A DNA stretch of 64,000 nucleotides from an uncultured Phycisphaerales bacterium (GTDB lineage: Bacteria > Planctomycetota > Phycisphaerae > Phycisphaerales > UBA1924), in the NCBI GenBank assembly GCA_937858155.1, contig CALLYM010000160.1:5568-69567 (forward strand), given 5' to 3'. The notes beneath the pieces are model-generated. The model was not told the origin of the DNA, ran no database searches, and worked only from the letters and a program-made list of their open reading frames with translations. Below are positions 1 to 7,616 of this stretch, piece by piece; positions within the stretch are counted from its first letter, which is position 1; each line of letters begins with the position of its first letter. Made by a program: the position numbers and the translations under genes.

Positions 1-580
1 CTCCGACAAAGTACGAGAGGAAGACGTTGGCGAGGAAGAGGGAGACGAGGAAGTACACGACCAGCTTGAAGCCCTTGCCCGAGCCGGACCGCTGGAACCA
101 GTTCTTGGAGGCTCTGCCCGGGAGCGCATCGAAGAATCGCTCCAAGGGGCGGTAGACGTATTCCATATAGACCGTCTGCGGGCAGGCCCAGCCGCACCAG
201 ACCCGCCCCACGATGGCGGTCACAAGGAACACGCTGACGATGACGGTGATTCCCAGCAGGGCGAGGAGCACAAAGTCGGTGGGGAGGAAGGTGAAGCCGA
301 AGAGGTGGAACCTGCGGTGGACGACATCGAGGAAGACAGCCGGGAACCCGTTCATCCTGATGAAGGGGAGCGTGGTGAAGAGCGCGATGAGGGAGTATGC
401 GACGGCGGCACGCCGGGTAAAGAACCGCCCGTGGGAGGGGCGTGGGTGCATCCACTTGCGCGACCCGTCATCGTTGAGCGTGGACAGGACCGAGGGAGCG
501 ACGGGTGCGGAGATGGTGGGGAGCTGCGCCCGGGCTGGGGCGGCCTTCGCTCCGTTCTCAGTTGTACCCGTGCTGACCAT
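1..580 (-). CDS. ccoG: cytochrome c oxidase accessory protein CcoG (FixG/RdxA family), N-terminal part; the gene runs off the left edge of the window
   Basis: Not in the ORF track because it is truncated at the edge. Minus-strand translation from ATG at 578-580 gives MVSTGTTENG...RKWMHPRPSHGRFFTRR...GRVWCGWACPQTVYMEYVYRPLERFF...VYFLVSLFLANVFLSYFVG. The WCGWxCPQT motif and membrane segments are typical of CcoG. It lies directly downstream of ccoP. Confidence 0.8.
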   Translation of the reverse strand, partial: MVSTGTTENGAKAAPARAQLPTISAPVAPSVLSTLNDDGSRKWMHPRPSHGRFFTRRAAVAYSLIALFTTLPFIRMNGFPAVFLDVVHRRFHLFGFTFLPTDFVLLALLGITVIVSVFLVTAIVGRVWCGWACPQTVYMEYVYRPLERFFDALPGRASKNWFQRSGSGKGFKLVVYFLVSLFLANVFLSYFVG

Positions 581-610
581 TTCCCGTGCCTTTCCGTAGG
601 AGCGGCGTGC

Positions 611-1210
611 TCATTGCCAGGGTGCGATGACTTCCCCTTCCGCGGCCTTCGGTGTCGCGGGCTTGGACCCCCGCAGGTGCGCCACGTACGCGGCCAGCAG
701 GACGCGCTCATTCTGGGAGTAGCGGGTGCCCTGGGGGGGCATGGCGCCGACGTTGGCGCCGTTGGTGATGACGTTGAAAATGTCCTCGATCTTCTTCACG
801 TTCTTGTAGTTATCGTCGCAGAGGTTCACGCCGTTGATGCCGCCCCCGTCCGCGCCGTGGCAGGAGGCGCAGTTGCCGGAGAACCAGCCCTGAGCGATGC
901 CCATGAACTTGTCGTCGGCCATCATCTTCTTGAGGGTGGGCGCATCGTTCTGGAGCTCGCCCATCGATCCGAAGATCTTCTTGACCTCCGCCTGCTGGCG
1001 GCGCGCGACCTCCTTCTCGGGCGAGGGCGCCATGGGGCTGAAGGAGAAGATTGCCCAGTAGAGGAGGGAAAAAAGGACGGTGCCCAGGAAGATGGCGTGC
1101 CACCATCCCGGTGTTGGGTTGTCGAATTCGCGTATGCCGTCGTACTCGTGGTCCAGCAGCTGGTCTTTGAGGGATTGGGTGGTGGCGGCGTCGGTGGTAG
1201 CGTGGTTCAT
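611..1210 (-). CDS. ccoP: cbb3-type cytochrome c oxidase subunit CcoP/FixP, monohaem form
   Basis: The N-terminus DHEYDGIREFDNPTPGWWHAIFLGTVLFSLLY matches the FixP N-terminal motif plus a TM helix. There is a single CXXCH (CASCH) and a GAMPP Met-ligand region. It overlaps the upstream small ORF by 4 bp. Confidence 0.85.
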   Translation of the reverse strand: MNHATTDAATTQSLKDQLLDHEYDGIREFDNPTPGWWHAIFLGTVLFSLLYWAIFSFSPMAPSPEKEVARRQQAEVKKIFGSMGELQNDAPTLKKMMADDKFMGIAQGWFSGNCASCHGADGGGINGVNLCDDNYKNVKKIEDIFNVITNGANVGAMPPQGTRYSQNERVLLAAYVAHLRGSKPATPKAAEGEVIAPWQ

Positions 1211-1401
1211 GGGGCGCCTCCGTTCTGCTTGGTGAGGGTGTCGTCTTCCAGGGGGATGTGGGCGTGCTGTTCGAGCGCGTTGGCGTCGCGCTTGTTCAGG
1301 ACCCGCGCGAGCACGATGGCGAACGCGAAGAGGAACAGGACGAGTGCGACGATGGGGTAGAGCGTGAGGCCCGCGGCGCTCATGATCTCGGTCAGGCTCA
1401 T
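1207..1401 (-). CDS. small single-TM protein, CcoQ/FixQ-like cbb3 oxidase component
   Basis: 64 aa with one hydrophobic helix (LTLYPIVALVLFLFAFAIVLA). It sits between ccoNO and ccoP with 4-bp overlaps on both sides, which is the canonical ccoQ position. Confidence 0.6.
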   Translation of the reverse strand: MSLTEIMSAAGLTLYPIVALVLFLFAFAIVLARVLNKRDANALEQHAHIPLEDDTLTKQNGGAP

Positions 1402-3695
1402 GGCGTGCCTCCTTTCTGGGGCTGGGCGGCGGACACGGCCTTGTCGGGGGCCGGCGCGTCGGCGGGCTTGAAGAGGTCCGTGCCCAGGCGCTGGAGGTAG
1501 GCGTCCAGGGCGATCACCTTCTTGGTCTCGAGCCCCTCGTAGCCGCCCTGCTTCACGAGGTCGCCCGCGATCTGCTTCGCCTGTTCGCGGGCCTGCTGGG
1601 GTGCGACGCCATCCTTGACTGATTCGCCGTAGGGGACGCCGATCATGGCGTTAGCGCGGACACGCGCCTGGATGGACTCAAAGTCGATGTCCTGTTTGAG
1701 CAGGTGGGCGTAGGTGGGCATGATGGACTGGGGGATGAGCTGGCGCGGGTCCTCGAGGTGGCGGACGTGCCAGTCGTGGCTGCGGAGGCCGCCCTCGCGC
1801 GCGAGGTCGGGCCCTGTGCGCCGGCTGCCCCATTGGAAGGGATGGTCGTAGACGAATTCGCCGGGCTTGCTGTACTCGCCGTAGCGCTTCACCTCGGCGA
1901 AGATCGGGCGGATCATCTGCGAGTGGCAGTTGTAGCAGCCTTCGGCGATGTAGATGTCGCGGCCATAGAGCTCCAGGGGGGTGTAGGGCTTGACGCTGGC
2001 GATGCTGGGGACGTTGCTGCGGATGAGGAACAGTGGGATCTGCTCGAAGAGGGACGCGACGACGACTGCGGCGAGCGTCATAACGGTGAACTTGACGGGG
2101 CGGCGTTCCCACACGCGGTGCCACCAGCCCTGGAGGACGACGTCACCCTGGTGCCCGAACTCTGTGTTGGCGGTGAGGCGGGACGCGGGCTGGGGCGGGT
2201 CGGTGTACAGGGCGGAGAGCGCGGGGGCTTCGTGCACGGGCTCGTCGTAGACGGCCGGGCGGTGCTTCCACGTCATGAAGAAGTTGACGCCCGCCATGAC
2301 GACGCCGGAGAGGAAGAGCAGGCCGCCGATGGCGCGGATCCAGTAGAGGGGCTGGATGGCGGTCACGGTCTCGACGAAGTCGTACTGGAGCTTGCCCGAT
2401 TCGTCGAAGAAGCGCCACATGAGGCCCTGCATGATGCCGGCGGTGTACATCGAGACGATGTAGAGGACGATGCCGATGGTGCCGATCCAGAAGTGGTAGG
2501 TCATGAGCTTCCTGCTCCAGAGCTGCGTCTGGAAGAGGCGGGGGAGCAGGTAGTAGAGCATGCCGAAGGCCATGAAACCGTTCCAGCCGAGGGCGCCGCC
2601 GTGGACGTGGGCGATGGTCCAGTCGGTGTAGTGGCTGAGGCTGTTCACGCTCTTGATGCTGAGCATGGGTCCTTCGAAGGTGCTCATGCCGTAGAAGGTG
2701 ATGGCGACGACGAAGAACTTGAGGATGGGGTCCTGGGCGACCTTGTTCCATGCGCCGCGGAGGGTGAGGAGGCCGTTGATCATGCCGCCCCAGCTGGGCA
2801 TCCAGAGCATGACAGAGAAGATCATGCCCAGCGTGCTGGCCCACTGCGGGAGGGCGGTGTAGTGGAGATGGTGCGGGCCGGCCCAGATGTAGATGAAGAC
2901 GAGGCTCCAGAAGTGGACGATGGAGAGGCGGTACGAGTACACGGGCTTGTCGGCGGCCTTGGGCACGAAGTAGTACATCATGCCCAGGAAGGGCGTGGTG
3001 AGGAAGAAGGCCACGGCGTTGTGCCCGTACCACCACTGCATGAAGGCGTCCTGCACGCCGGCGTAGACGGAGTAGGACTTGAAGAGGCTCGCGGGCATCT
3101 CCAGGCTGTTGAAGACGTGGAGGACGGTGACGGTGACGAGCGAGGCGATGTAGAACCAGAGGGCCACGTACATGTGGCGTTCGCGGCGCTTGATGAGGGT
3201 CATCGTGAAGTTCACGCCGAAGCAGCCGAGCCACACGAGCGCGATCGCGATGTCGATGGGCCACTCGAGCTCCGCGTACTCCTTGCCGCTGGTGATGCCC
3301 AGGGGCAGGGTGAGCGCGGCGGAGACGATGATGGCCTGCCAGCCCCAGAAGTGGAGGTTGCTGAGCGTGTCGCTCCACATGCGGGTTTTGCACAGGCGTT
3401 GCGTGCTGTAGTACACGCCGGTGAAGATGGCGTTGCCCGCGAACGCGAAGATCACGGCGTTGGTGTGGAGCGGGCGGAGGCGGCCGTAGCCGAGGAATTC
3501 GAGGCCGAAGTTCAGCTGGGGGACGGCGAGCTGCAGGGCGATGATGAGGCCCACGAGCATGCCGACGAAGCCCCACACGAGCATGGCGAGCATGAACTTG
3601 CGGACGATGGCGTCGTCATAGACGAACTTCTCCATCGGGCCTGCGTGGGCGTCGTTGTGTTCGCGCGGCAGCGTGGGGGCGGTCGTGGCTGTCAT
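1398..3695 (-). CDS. ccoN: cbb3-type cytochrome c oxidase, fused subunit I/II (CcoN-CcoO)
   Basis: The N-terminal ~480 aa are polytopic haem-copper oxidase (HTNAVIFAFAGN, HFWSLVFIYIWAGPHHLHY, TIAHVHGGALGW). The C-terminal ~230 aa are CcoO-like with CYNCHSQMIRP and a FQWGSRRTGPDL-type motif. I chose the start at ATG 3693-3695 (MTATTAP...), preceded by AGGAAGG. The track start at 3749 is less likely. Confidence 0.9.
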   Translation of the reverse strand: MTATTAPTLPREHNDAHAGPMEKFVYDDAIVRKFMLAMLVWGFVGMLVGLIIALQLAVPQLNFGLEFLGYGRLRPLHTNAVIFAFAGNAIFTGVYYSTQRLCKTRMWSDTLSNLHFWGWQAIIVSAALTLPLGITSGKEYAELEWPIDIAIALVWLGCFGVNFTMTLIKRRERHMYVALWFYIASLVTVTVLHVFNSLEMPASLFKSYSVYAGVQDAFMQWWYGHNAVAFFLTTPFLGMMYYFVPKAADKPVYSYRLSIVHFWSLVFIYIWAGPHHLHYTALPQWASTLGMIFSVMLWMPSWGGMINGLLTLRGAWNKVAQDPILKFFVVAITFYGMSTFEGPMLSIKSVNSLSHYTDWTIAHVHGGALGWNGFMAFGMLYYLLPRLFQTQLWSRKLMTYHFWIGTIGIVLYIVSMYTAGIMQGLMWRFFDESGKLQYDFVETVTAIQPLYWIRAIGGLLFLSGVVMAGVNFFMTWKHRPAVYDEPVHEAPALSALYTDPPQPASRLTANTEFGHQGDVVLQGWWHRVWERRPVKFTVMTLAAVVVASLFEQIPLFLIRSNVPSIASVKPYTPLELYGRDIYIAEGCYNCHSQMIRPIFAEVKRYGEYSKPGEFVYDHPFQWGSRRTGPDLAREGGLRSHDWHVRHLEDPRQLIPQSIMPTYAHLLKQDIDFESIQARVRANAMIGVPYGESVKDGVAPQQAREQAKQIAGDLVKQGGYEGLETKKVIALDAYLQRLGTDLFKPADAPAPDKAVSAAQPQKGGTP

Positions 3696-3878
3696 CGGGG
3701 CCTTCCTGCGTGGGAGTGAAGGGTCGCGTCGTGTTCGACAATACGACAAAAAGACTCAATGGTCGAGAATAATCATCGACATGTTTGTCTGGAATGTCAA
3801 GCGTCAAAATATGCTGAATATCAGGCGTAATTGAGCGAATTGACGGATCAATACAGGAATTATGCTCGACGCAAATTA

Positions 3879-3919
3879 GACAAAATGAGAATATTAGAAG
3901 AACAACAACTCATTTTGTC
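3879..3919. promoter_or_regulatory. perfect 11-bp inverted repeat GACAAAATGAG-N19-CTCATTTTGTC in the AT-rich divergent ccoN/rrf2 control region; candidate operator or 5'-UTR stem-loop
   Basis: Read directly: arms at 3879-3889 and 3909-3919 are exact reverse complements. It lies 45 bp upstream of the Rrf2 ATG (3964). The GACAAA/TTTGTC hexamer also occurs near 3746 and 3785. Confidence 0.5.
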
Positions 3920-3963
3920 CGCTATTATCCGCGAGACCTTTGGAGGGTCGTCGGAGGCATGTC

Positions 3964-4425
3964 ATGCTGACTCAGGCAGTGGGCTACGCGGCAACCGCGC
4001 TGGCGCAGGTCGCGTCCGGGGGCGGGAAGCCGGTGCTGGTCAAGGAGATCGCGCAGGCGTCGGGAATCCCAGCGCCGTACCTGGCGAAGATCGTGCAGAC
4101 GCTCGCGCGGAAGGGGATCGTGCTGACGCAACGCGGGATCGGCGGTGGGGTGACGCTTGCGCGGGACGCCAAGACGGTAACGCTGCACGACGTGTGCGTT
4201 GCGCTCGACGATCCGAGTGTGCAGCACCGGTGCATGCTGGGCACGGCGGAGTGCAGCGACGATCGGGCGTGTCCGTGCCACCGTTTCTGGTCGAGCCACC
4301 GGAGCGGCTACCTGGAGTTCCTCAAGGGCACGACGGTGGCGGACATGGCGTTGTTCGAAGCGCGCCGCCGTTGGAAGGGGAAGCCGGGGGAATTGCCGGT
4401 GGCCTTCGCGGGCGTGAAGTCCTGA
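3964..4425 (+). CDS. Rrf2 family transcriptional regulator (IscR/NsrR-like, probable Fe-S cluster ligating Cys cluster)
   Basis: MLTQAVGYAATALAQVA...VKEIAQASGIPAPYLAKIVQTLARKGIVLTQRGIGGGVTLAR is a typical Rrf2 wHTH. A Cys cluster CMLGTAECSDDRACPC follows. GGAGG lies 6 nt upstream of ATG 3964. Confidence 0.9.
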   Translation: MLTQAVGYAATALAQVASGGGKPVLVKEIAQASGIPAPYLAKIVQTLARKGIVLTQRGIGGGVTLARDAKTVTLHDVCVALDDPSVQHRCMLGTAECSDDRACPCHRFWSSHRSGYLEFLKGTTVADMALFEARRRWKGKPGELPVAFAGVKS

Positions 4426-4428
4426 GAA

Positions 4429-4938
4429 TCACCCGGGGTCTTGTGCGGCGCCCTGGGGCTGCGTCGTTGTTTCGGGCGGCACGGCCGGCGGCGGGGCGGG
4501 GGCCGCGGGTGGTCGTGTTTCCACCGGCCGCTCTGGGAGGCGTCGTTCGATCTCCGCCATCAGGAAGCGCGACAGGTTCTGGTCACCCAGCAGGCCGACA
4601 CGGACGCTGATGGTGGTGACGGTGGGCGTGTGCTGGATGATCCGGACGCGGAAGGACTCGCCGCGCTCCGGTCGCAGGTAGAAGGTGCGGGACGTGCGGG
4701 ACGTCGAGTGGACGATGAACTGGTAGCGGAGGTCTTCGGCGGTCTCCCGGACGGCGGCCTGGACCGGGTCGAGCGGGAGGACAAAGGTGTTCTCCATGGA
4801 GCCTGAGATGAACGAGCCGCCGCTGTTGGTCGCCATGTTCACACCGGCGTTCGCGAGCATGGGCCCCGGGACGGCTGCGCAGGCGGAGAGCAGCGCGGCG
4901 CAGGCAAGCATGGCGAGCGGCAGTGTGCGCGGCATCAT
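4429..4938 (-). CDS. putative lipoprotein, unknown function
   Basis: Signal peptide with lipobox (LLSAC). The C-terminal tail is Pro/Ala-rich. The start ATG overlaps the acs stop (ATGA-type coupling). Confidence 0.6.
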   Translation of the reverse strand: MMPRTLPLAMLACAALLSACAAVPGPMLANAGVNMATNSGGSFISGSMENTFVLPLDPVQAAVRETAEDLRYQFIVHSTSRTSRTFYLRPERGESFRVRIIQHTPTVTTISVRVGLLGDQNLSRFLMAEIERRLPERPVETRPPAAPAPPPAVPPETTTQPQGAAQDPG

Positions 4939-7058
4939 TCTTCGTCTCCGCGGAGCTTTGCGACGACGCTGAAGTCCTCGAGCGTGGTCGTGTCCTGCGT
5001 GATCTTCTCAACGCCCGCGGCGACGTCCCGCAGCAGTCTGCGCATGATCTTGCCCGACCGTGTTTTCGGCAGCCCGTCGGCAAACCGCACCTGGTCGGGC
5101 CTCGCGACAGGCCCCACTTCCTTCGCGACGTGGGCGGCGATTTCCTTCTTGAGGGCCTCGTCGGGCTGGCGGTTGTGCTTGATGAGCCACGCCGGCCGGA
5201 GCGTGACAAAGGCGCAGATGCCGCTCCCCTTGATCTCGTGCGGGAAGCCGACCACGGCGGCCTCTGCCACCCCGGGGTGGCTGACGATCGCGCTCTCGAC
5301 TTCCATGGTGCCCAGGAGGTGGCCGGAAACCTTGATGACGTCGTCGATCCGGCCTTGGATCCAGAAGTAGCCGTCCTCGTCGCGCCGAGCGCCGTCCGCG
5401 GAGAAGTACGCGGGCTGGCCGGTGCGGGCGTCCTTGACGCGTCCCCAGTAGTTGCTCACGAAGCGTTCGCGGTTTCCGTAGACACCCCGGAGCATGCCGG
5501 GCCAAGGCTTCCTGATGACAAACAGGCCGCCCTGGTTGGGCCCGAGTTCTTCTCCCTGTTCGTTGACGATGGCGGCGTCGATGCCCAGCATGGGGAGGGT
5601 GCAGGAGCCGGGCTTGGTTGCGATCGCTCCGGGGAGGGGTGTGACGACGTGGCCGCCTGTTTCGGTCTGCCAGTAGGTGTCGACGATCGGGCACCTTTCG
5701 GCGCCGATGTGCTTGTGGTACCAGATCCACGCCTCGGGGTTGATGGGTTCTCCGACCGTGCCGAGGAGTTTGAGGCTGGAGAGGTCGTGGCGCGCGGGGA
5801 GGTCGTCGCCCCACTTCATAAAGGTGCGGATGGCGGTGGGGGCGGTATAGAAGTGTGTCACGCGGTGGCGCGCGATGATGTCCCAGAAGCGGTCGCCGCG
5901 GCCCTTGTCGAGGGTGGGGTAGTTGGGCGCACCCTCGTACATGAGTGTCGGGACGCGGTTCATGAGCGGGGCGTAGAGGACGTAGGAGTGTCCGGTGATC
6001 CAGCCGATGTCGGCCGAGCACCAGAAGAGCTGGCCGGAGTCCGGGATGAGGTTGAAGGCGAGGCGCGCGGTGGTGTTGATGAAGGTGAGGTAGCCGCCGG
6101 TCGTGTGCTGGATGCCCTTGGGCTTGCCGGTGCTGCCGCTGGTGTAGAGGAGGAAGAGCATGTCCTCGCTGTCCATGGGCTCGCAGGGGCAGGCGTCGGT
6201 GACGAAGGGGAAGAGGTCGTGCCACCAGTGGAAGTGCGTGGCGGGGGCGTTGTGGACCGGGGTGCCGCCGGTGCGGAAGCGGACGCTGGGCGGTTCGTGG
6301 GCGGTGTGCTTGAGGGCGACGACGTGGTTGATGATGTGCCCGTGGTTGGCGGCGAGGACGCATGCCTCTTCGACGTTCTTCAGGAGGTGCACCACTTCGC
6401 CGCGACGCCAGCCGCCGTCGGCCGTAACAACGACGCGGCTCTTGGCGTCGATGGCGCGTTCGGAGATGGCGTGGGGAGCGAAGCCACCGAAGATGACGCT
6501 GTGCGCCGCGCCGATGCGTGCACAGGCGAGGATGGCGATGGCCAATTCGGGGACCATTGGCATGTAGATGGTCACCACGTCGCCCTTCTTGACGCCAAGG
6601 TGCTTCAGGATGTTCGCGAAGCGGCTCGTCTCCTGCTGGAGGGCGCGGTATGTGAAGGTGCGGACCTGGGGTTCTTTCGCGTAGGCGGTGCCGGGGGCGG
6701 CGTGGCTTGTGTTGGGGCCCAGGGGCTCACCTTCCCACACGAGCGCAACCTGATCGCCGTAGCCGGCCTGCACGTGGCGGTCGACGCAGTTGTAGCAGGC
6801 GTTGAGCTGGCCGTTCACGAACCAGCGGGCGTCGGGGGTCTTCCATTCGAGGACTTCGTCCCAGAGCTTGAACCAGGCGAGTCGGCGGGCCTCACCGCTC
6901 CAGAAACCGGCGGGGTCCTTCAAGGACTGGGCGTGGAGGCGGCGGTAATCGTGGATGCTCGGGACGTGCCAGGACGGGAATCCCAGGTCCCGCGCGGCGG
7001 GTGCGGGGAAGGCCCGCGTTTCGTTGAGGACGTTCTCGATATTGGGGGTGGTGGTCAT
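4935..7058 (-). CDS. acs: acetyl-CoA synthetase (acetate--CoA ligase)
   Basis: Full-length match to Acs hallmarks: ...FWSGEARRLAWFK...WFVNGQLNACYNCVDRH, YTSGSTGKPKG, TYWQTETGG, and DGYFWIQGRIDDVIKVSGH...LPKTRSGKIMRRLLR. Confidence 0.95.
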   Translation of the reverse strand: MTTTPNIENVLNETRAFPAPAARDLGFPSWHVPSIHDYRRLHAQSLKDPAGFWSGEARRLAWFKLWDEVLEWKTPDARWFVNGQLNACYNCVDRHVQAGYGDQVALVWEGEPLGPNTSHAAPGTAYAKEPQVRTFTYRALQQETSRFANILKHLGVKKGDVVTIYMPMVPELAIAILACARIGAAHSVIFGGFAPHAISERAIDAKSRVVVTADGGWRRGEVVHLLKNVEEACVLAANHGHIINHVVALKHTAHEPPSVRFRTGGTPVHNAPATHFHWWHDLFPFVTDACPCEPMDSEDMLFLLYTSGSTGKPKGIQHTTGGYLTFINTTARLAFNLIPDSGQLFWCSADIGWITGHSYVLYAPLMNRVPTLMYEGAPNYPTLDKGRGDRFWDIIARHRVTHFYTAPTAIRTFMKWGDDLPARHDLSSLKLLGTVGEPINPEAWIWYHKHIGAERCPIVDTYWQTETGGHVVTPLPGAIATKPGSCTLPMLGIDAAIVNEQGEELGPNQGGLFVIRKPWPGMLRGVYGNRERFVSNYWGRVKDARTGQPAYFSADGARRDEDGYFWIQGRIDDVIKVSGHLLGTMEVESAIVSHPGVAEAAVVGFPHEIKGSGICAFVTLRPAWLIKHNRQPDEALKKEIAAHVAKEVGPVARPDQVRFADGLPKTRSGKIMRRLLRDVAAGVEKITQDTTTLEDFSVVAKLRGDEE

Positions 7059-7106
7059 GGTGTTCCGGAGGTTCGGCGCTGAAACACGGGAAGGGAGCGT
7101 GCTGGA

Positions 7107-7508
7107 TTATGGTGCGTCGAGCCTGAGCGTGTTCCCCGAGAACGAGCTGGGCATCATCTTCCTGGCGGGGTCGTTGGGGCCCAGGGGGATGTTCCATTCG
7201 ATGGTGGAATAGACCTCGTCCAGGACGTTGTACGCGATGGGGCGCTGGGCCTCTTCGACCACGTACGGCACGGTGGCGCGGGCGACGTTCGCTGCGGAGA
7301 GTGTGCCGCGGAGCTGGGAGAGGTAGTCGAGCCTCGCCGCGCGGCCGGGTTCGCCCGCGCTCATGGAGAGCACACGCTTCTTCTCACTCATGAGTGAGCC
7401 TTCGATGCGATCGGCCTTTCGCTCCAGCCTGGCGAGCGGGCTGGTGGAGCAGCCGGCGAGCAGCGTGCCGATGGCCATCACAGTCATGACAGAACGCCAC
7501 GGGTGCAT
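7107..7508 (-). CDS. putative lipoprotein, unknown function
   Basis: MHPWRSVMTVMAIGTLLAGCS contains a lipobox. GAGGAG lies upstream of ATG 7506-7508. The longer track ORF (to 7541) lacks a signal peptide at its N-terminus. Confidence 0.55.
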   Translation of the reverse strand: MHPWRSVMTVMAIGTLLAGCSTSPLARLERKADRIEGSLMSEKKRVLSMSAGEPGRAARLDYLSQLRGTLSAANVARATVPYVVEEAQRPIAYNVLDEVYSTIEWNIPLGPNDPARKMMPSSFSGNTLRLDAP

Positions 7509-7549
7509 GGGCGTCTCCTCGGTGTGCCGTAGATCACCCACGGCGCAGC

Positions 7550-7576
7550 AAAAGGATACCGCCCCGCGTGGGCGGC
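7550..7576 (-). terminator. weak candidate intrinsic terminator after the 7617-8954 gene
   Basis: The minus strand reads CCGCCC-ACGCG-GGGCGG followed by TATCCTTTTGCTG. The stem is only 6 bp. Confidence 0.3.
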
Positions 7577-7616
7577 TGCCCGCCGGTTGTTCCGGGCTGC
7601 TGTGACGGTGATCTGC

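Noticed and set aside
1704-3719. 671-aa plus-strand ORF antisense to ccoNO. Similar very long antisense ORFs: 4923-7082 (+) opposite acs, 19175-21307 (+) opposite the pil ATPase, 21904-23364 and 23383-24876 (+) opposite pilO/N/M, 25428-26792 (-) opposite the HlyD gene, 32030-33340 (+) opposite manC, 35021-36172 (+) opposite the M36 gene, 44319-45341 (+) opposite the BatA gene, 49409-50902 (+), 51141-52379 (+) opposite the MATE gene, and 54506-56035 (+) opposite the permeases.
   Set aside because: These are shadow ORFs typical of high-GC DNA. Their translations are Arg/Gly/Ala/Val/Asp/His-rich with no motifs. The opposite strand in each case encodes a full-length member of a well-known family with intact catalytic motifs.
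3840-3851. TTGACGGATCAA palindrome as a possible FNR/FixK box upstream of ccoN.
   Set aside because: The FNR/FixK consensus is TTGAT-N4-ATCAA (TTGA-N6-TCAA). This site has TTGA-N4-TCAA, two bp too short. It is kept only as a generic palindrome inside the AT-rich region finding.
3831-4610. 259-aa plus-strand ORF starting in the AT-rich spacer and running through the Rrf2 gene in another frame.
   Set aside because: It is out of frame with a textbook Rrf2 wHTH protein. It has a TTG-type start and no SD, and its product becomes Arg/Gly/Ala junk after the first 35 residues.
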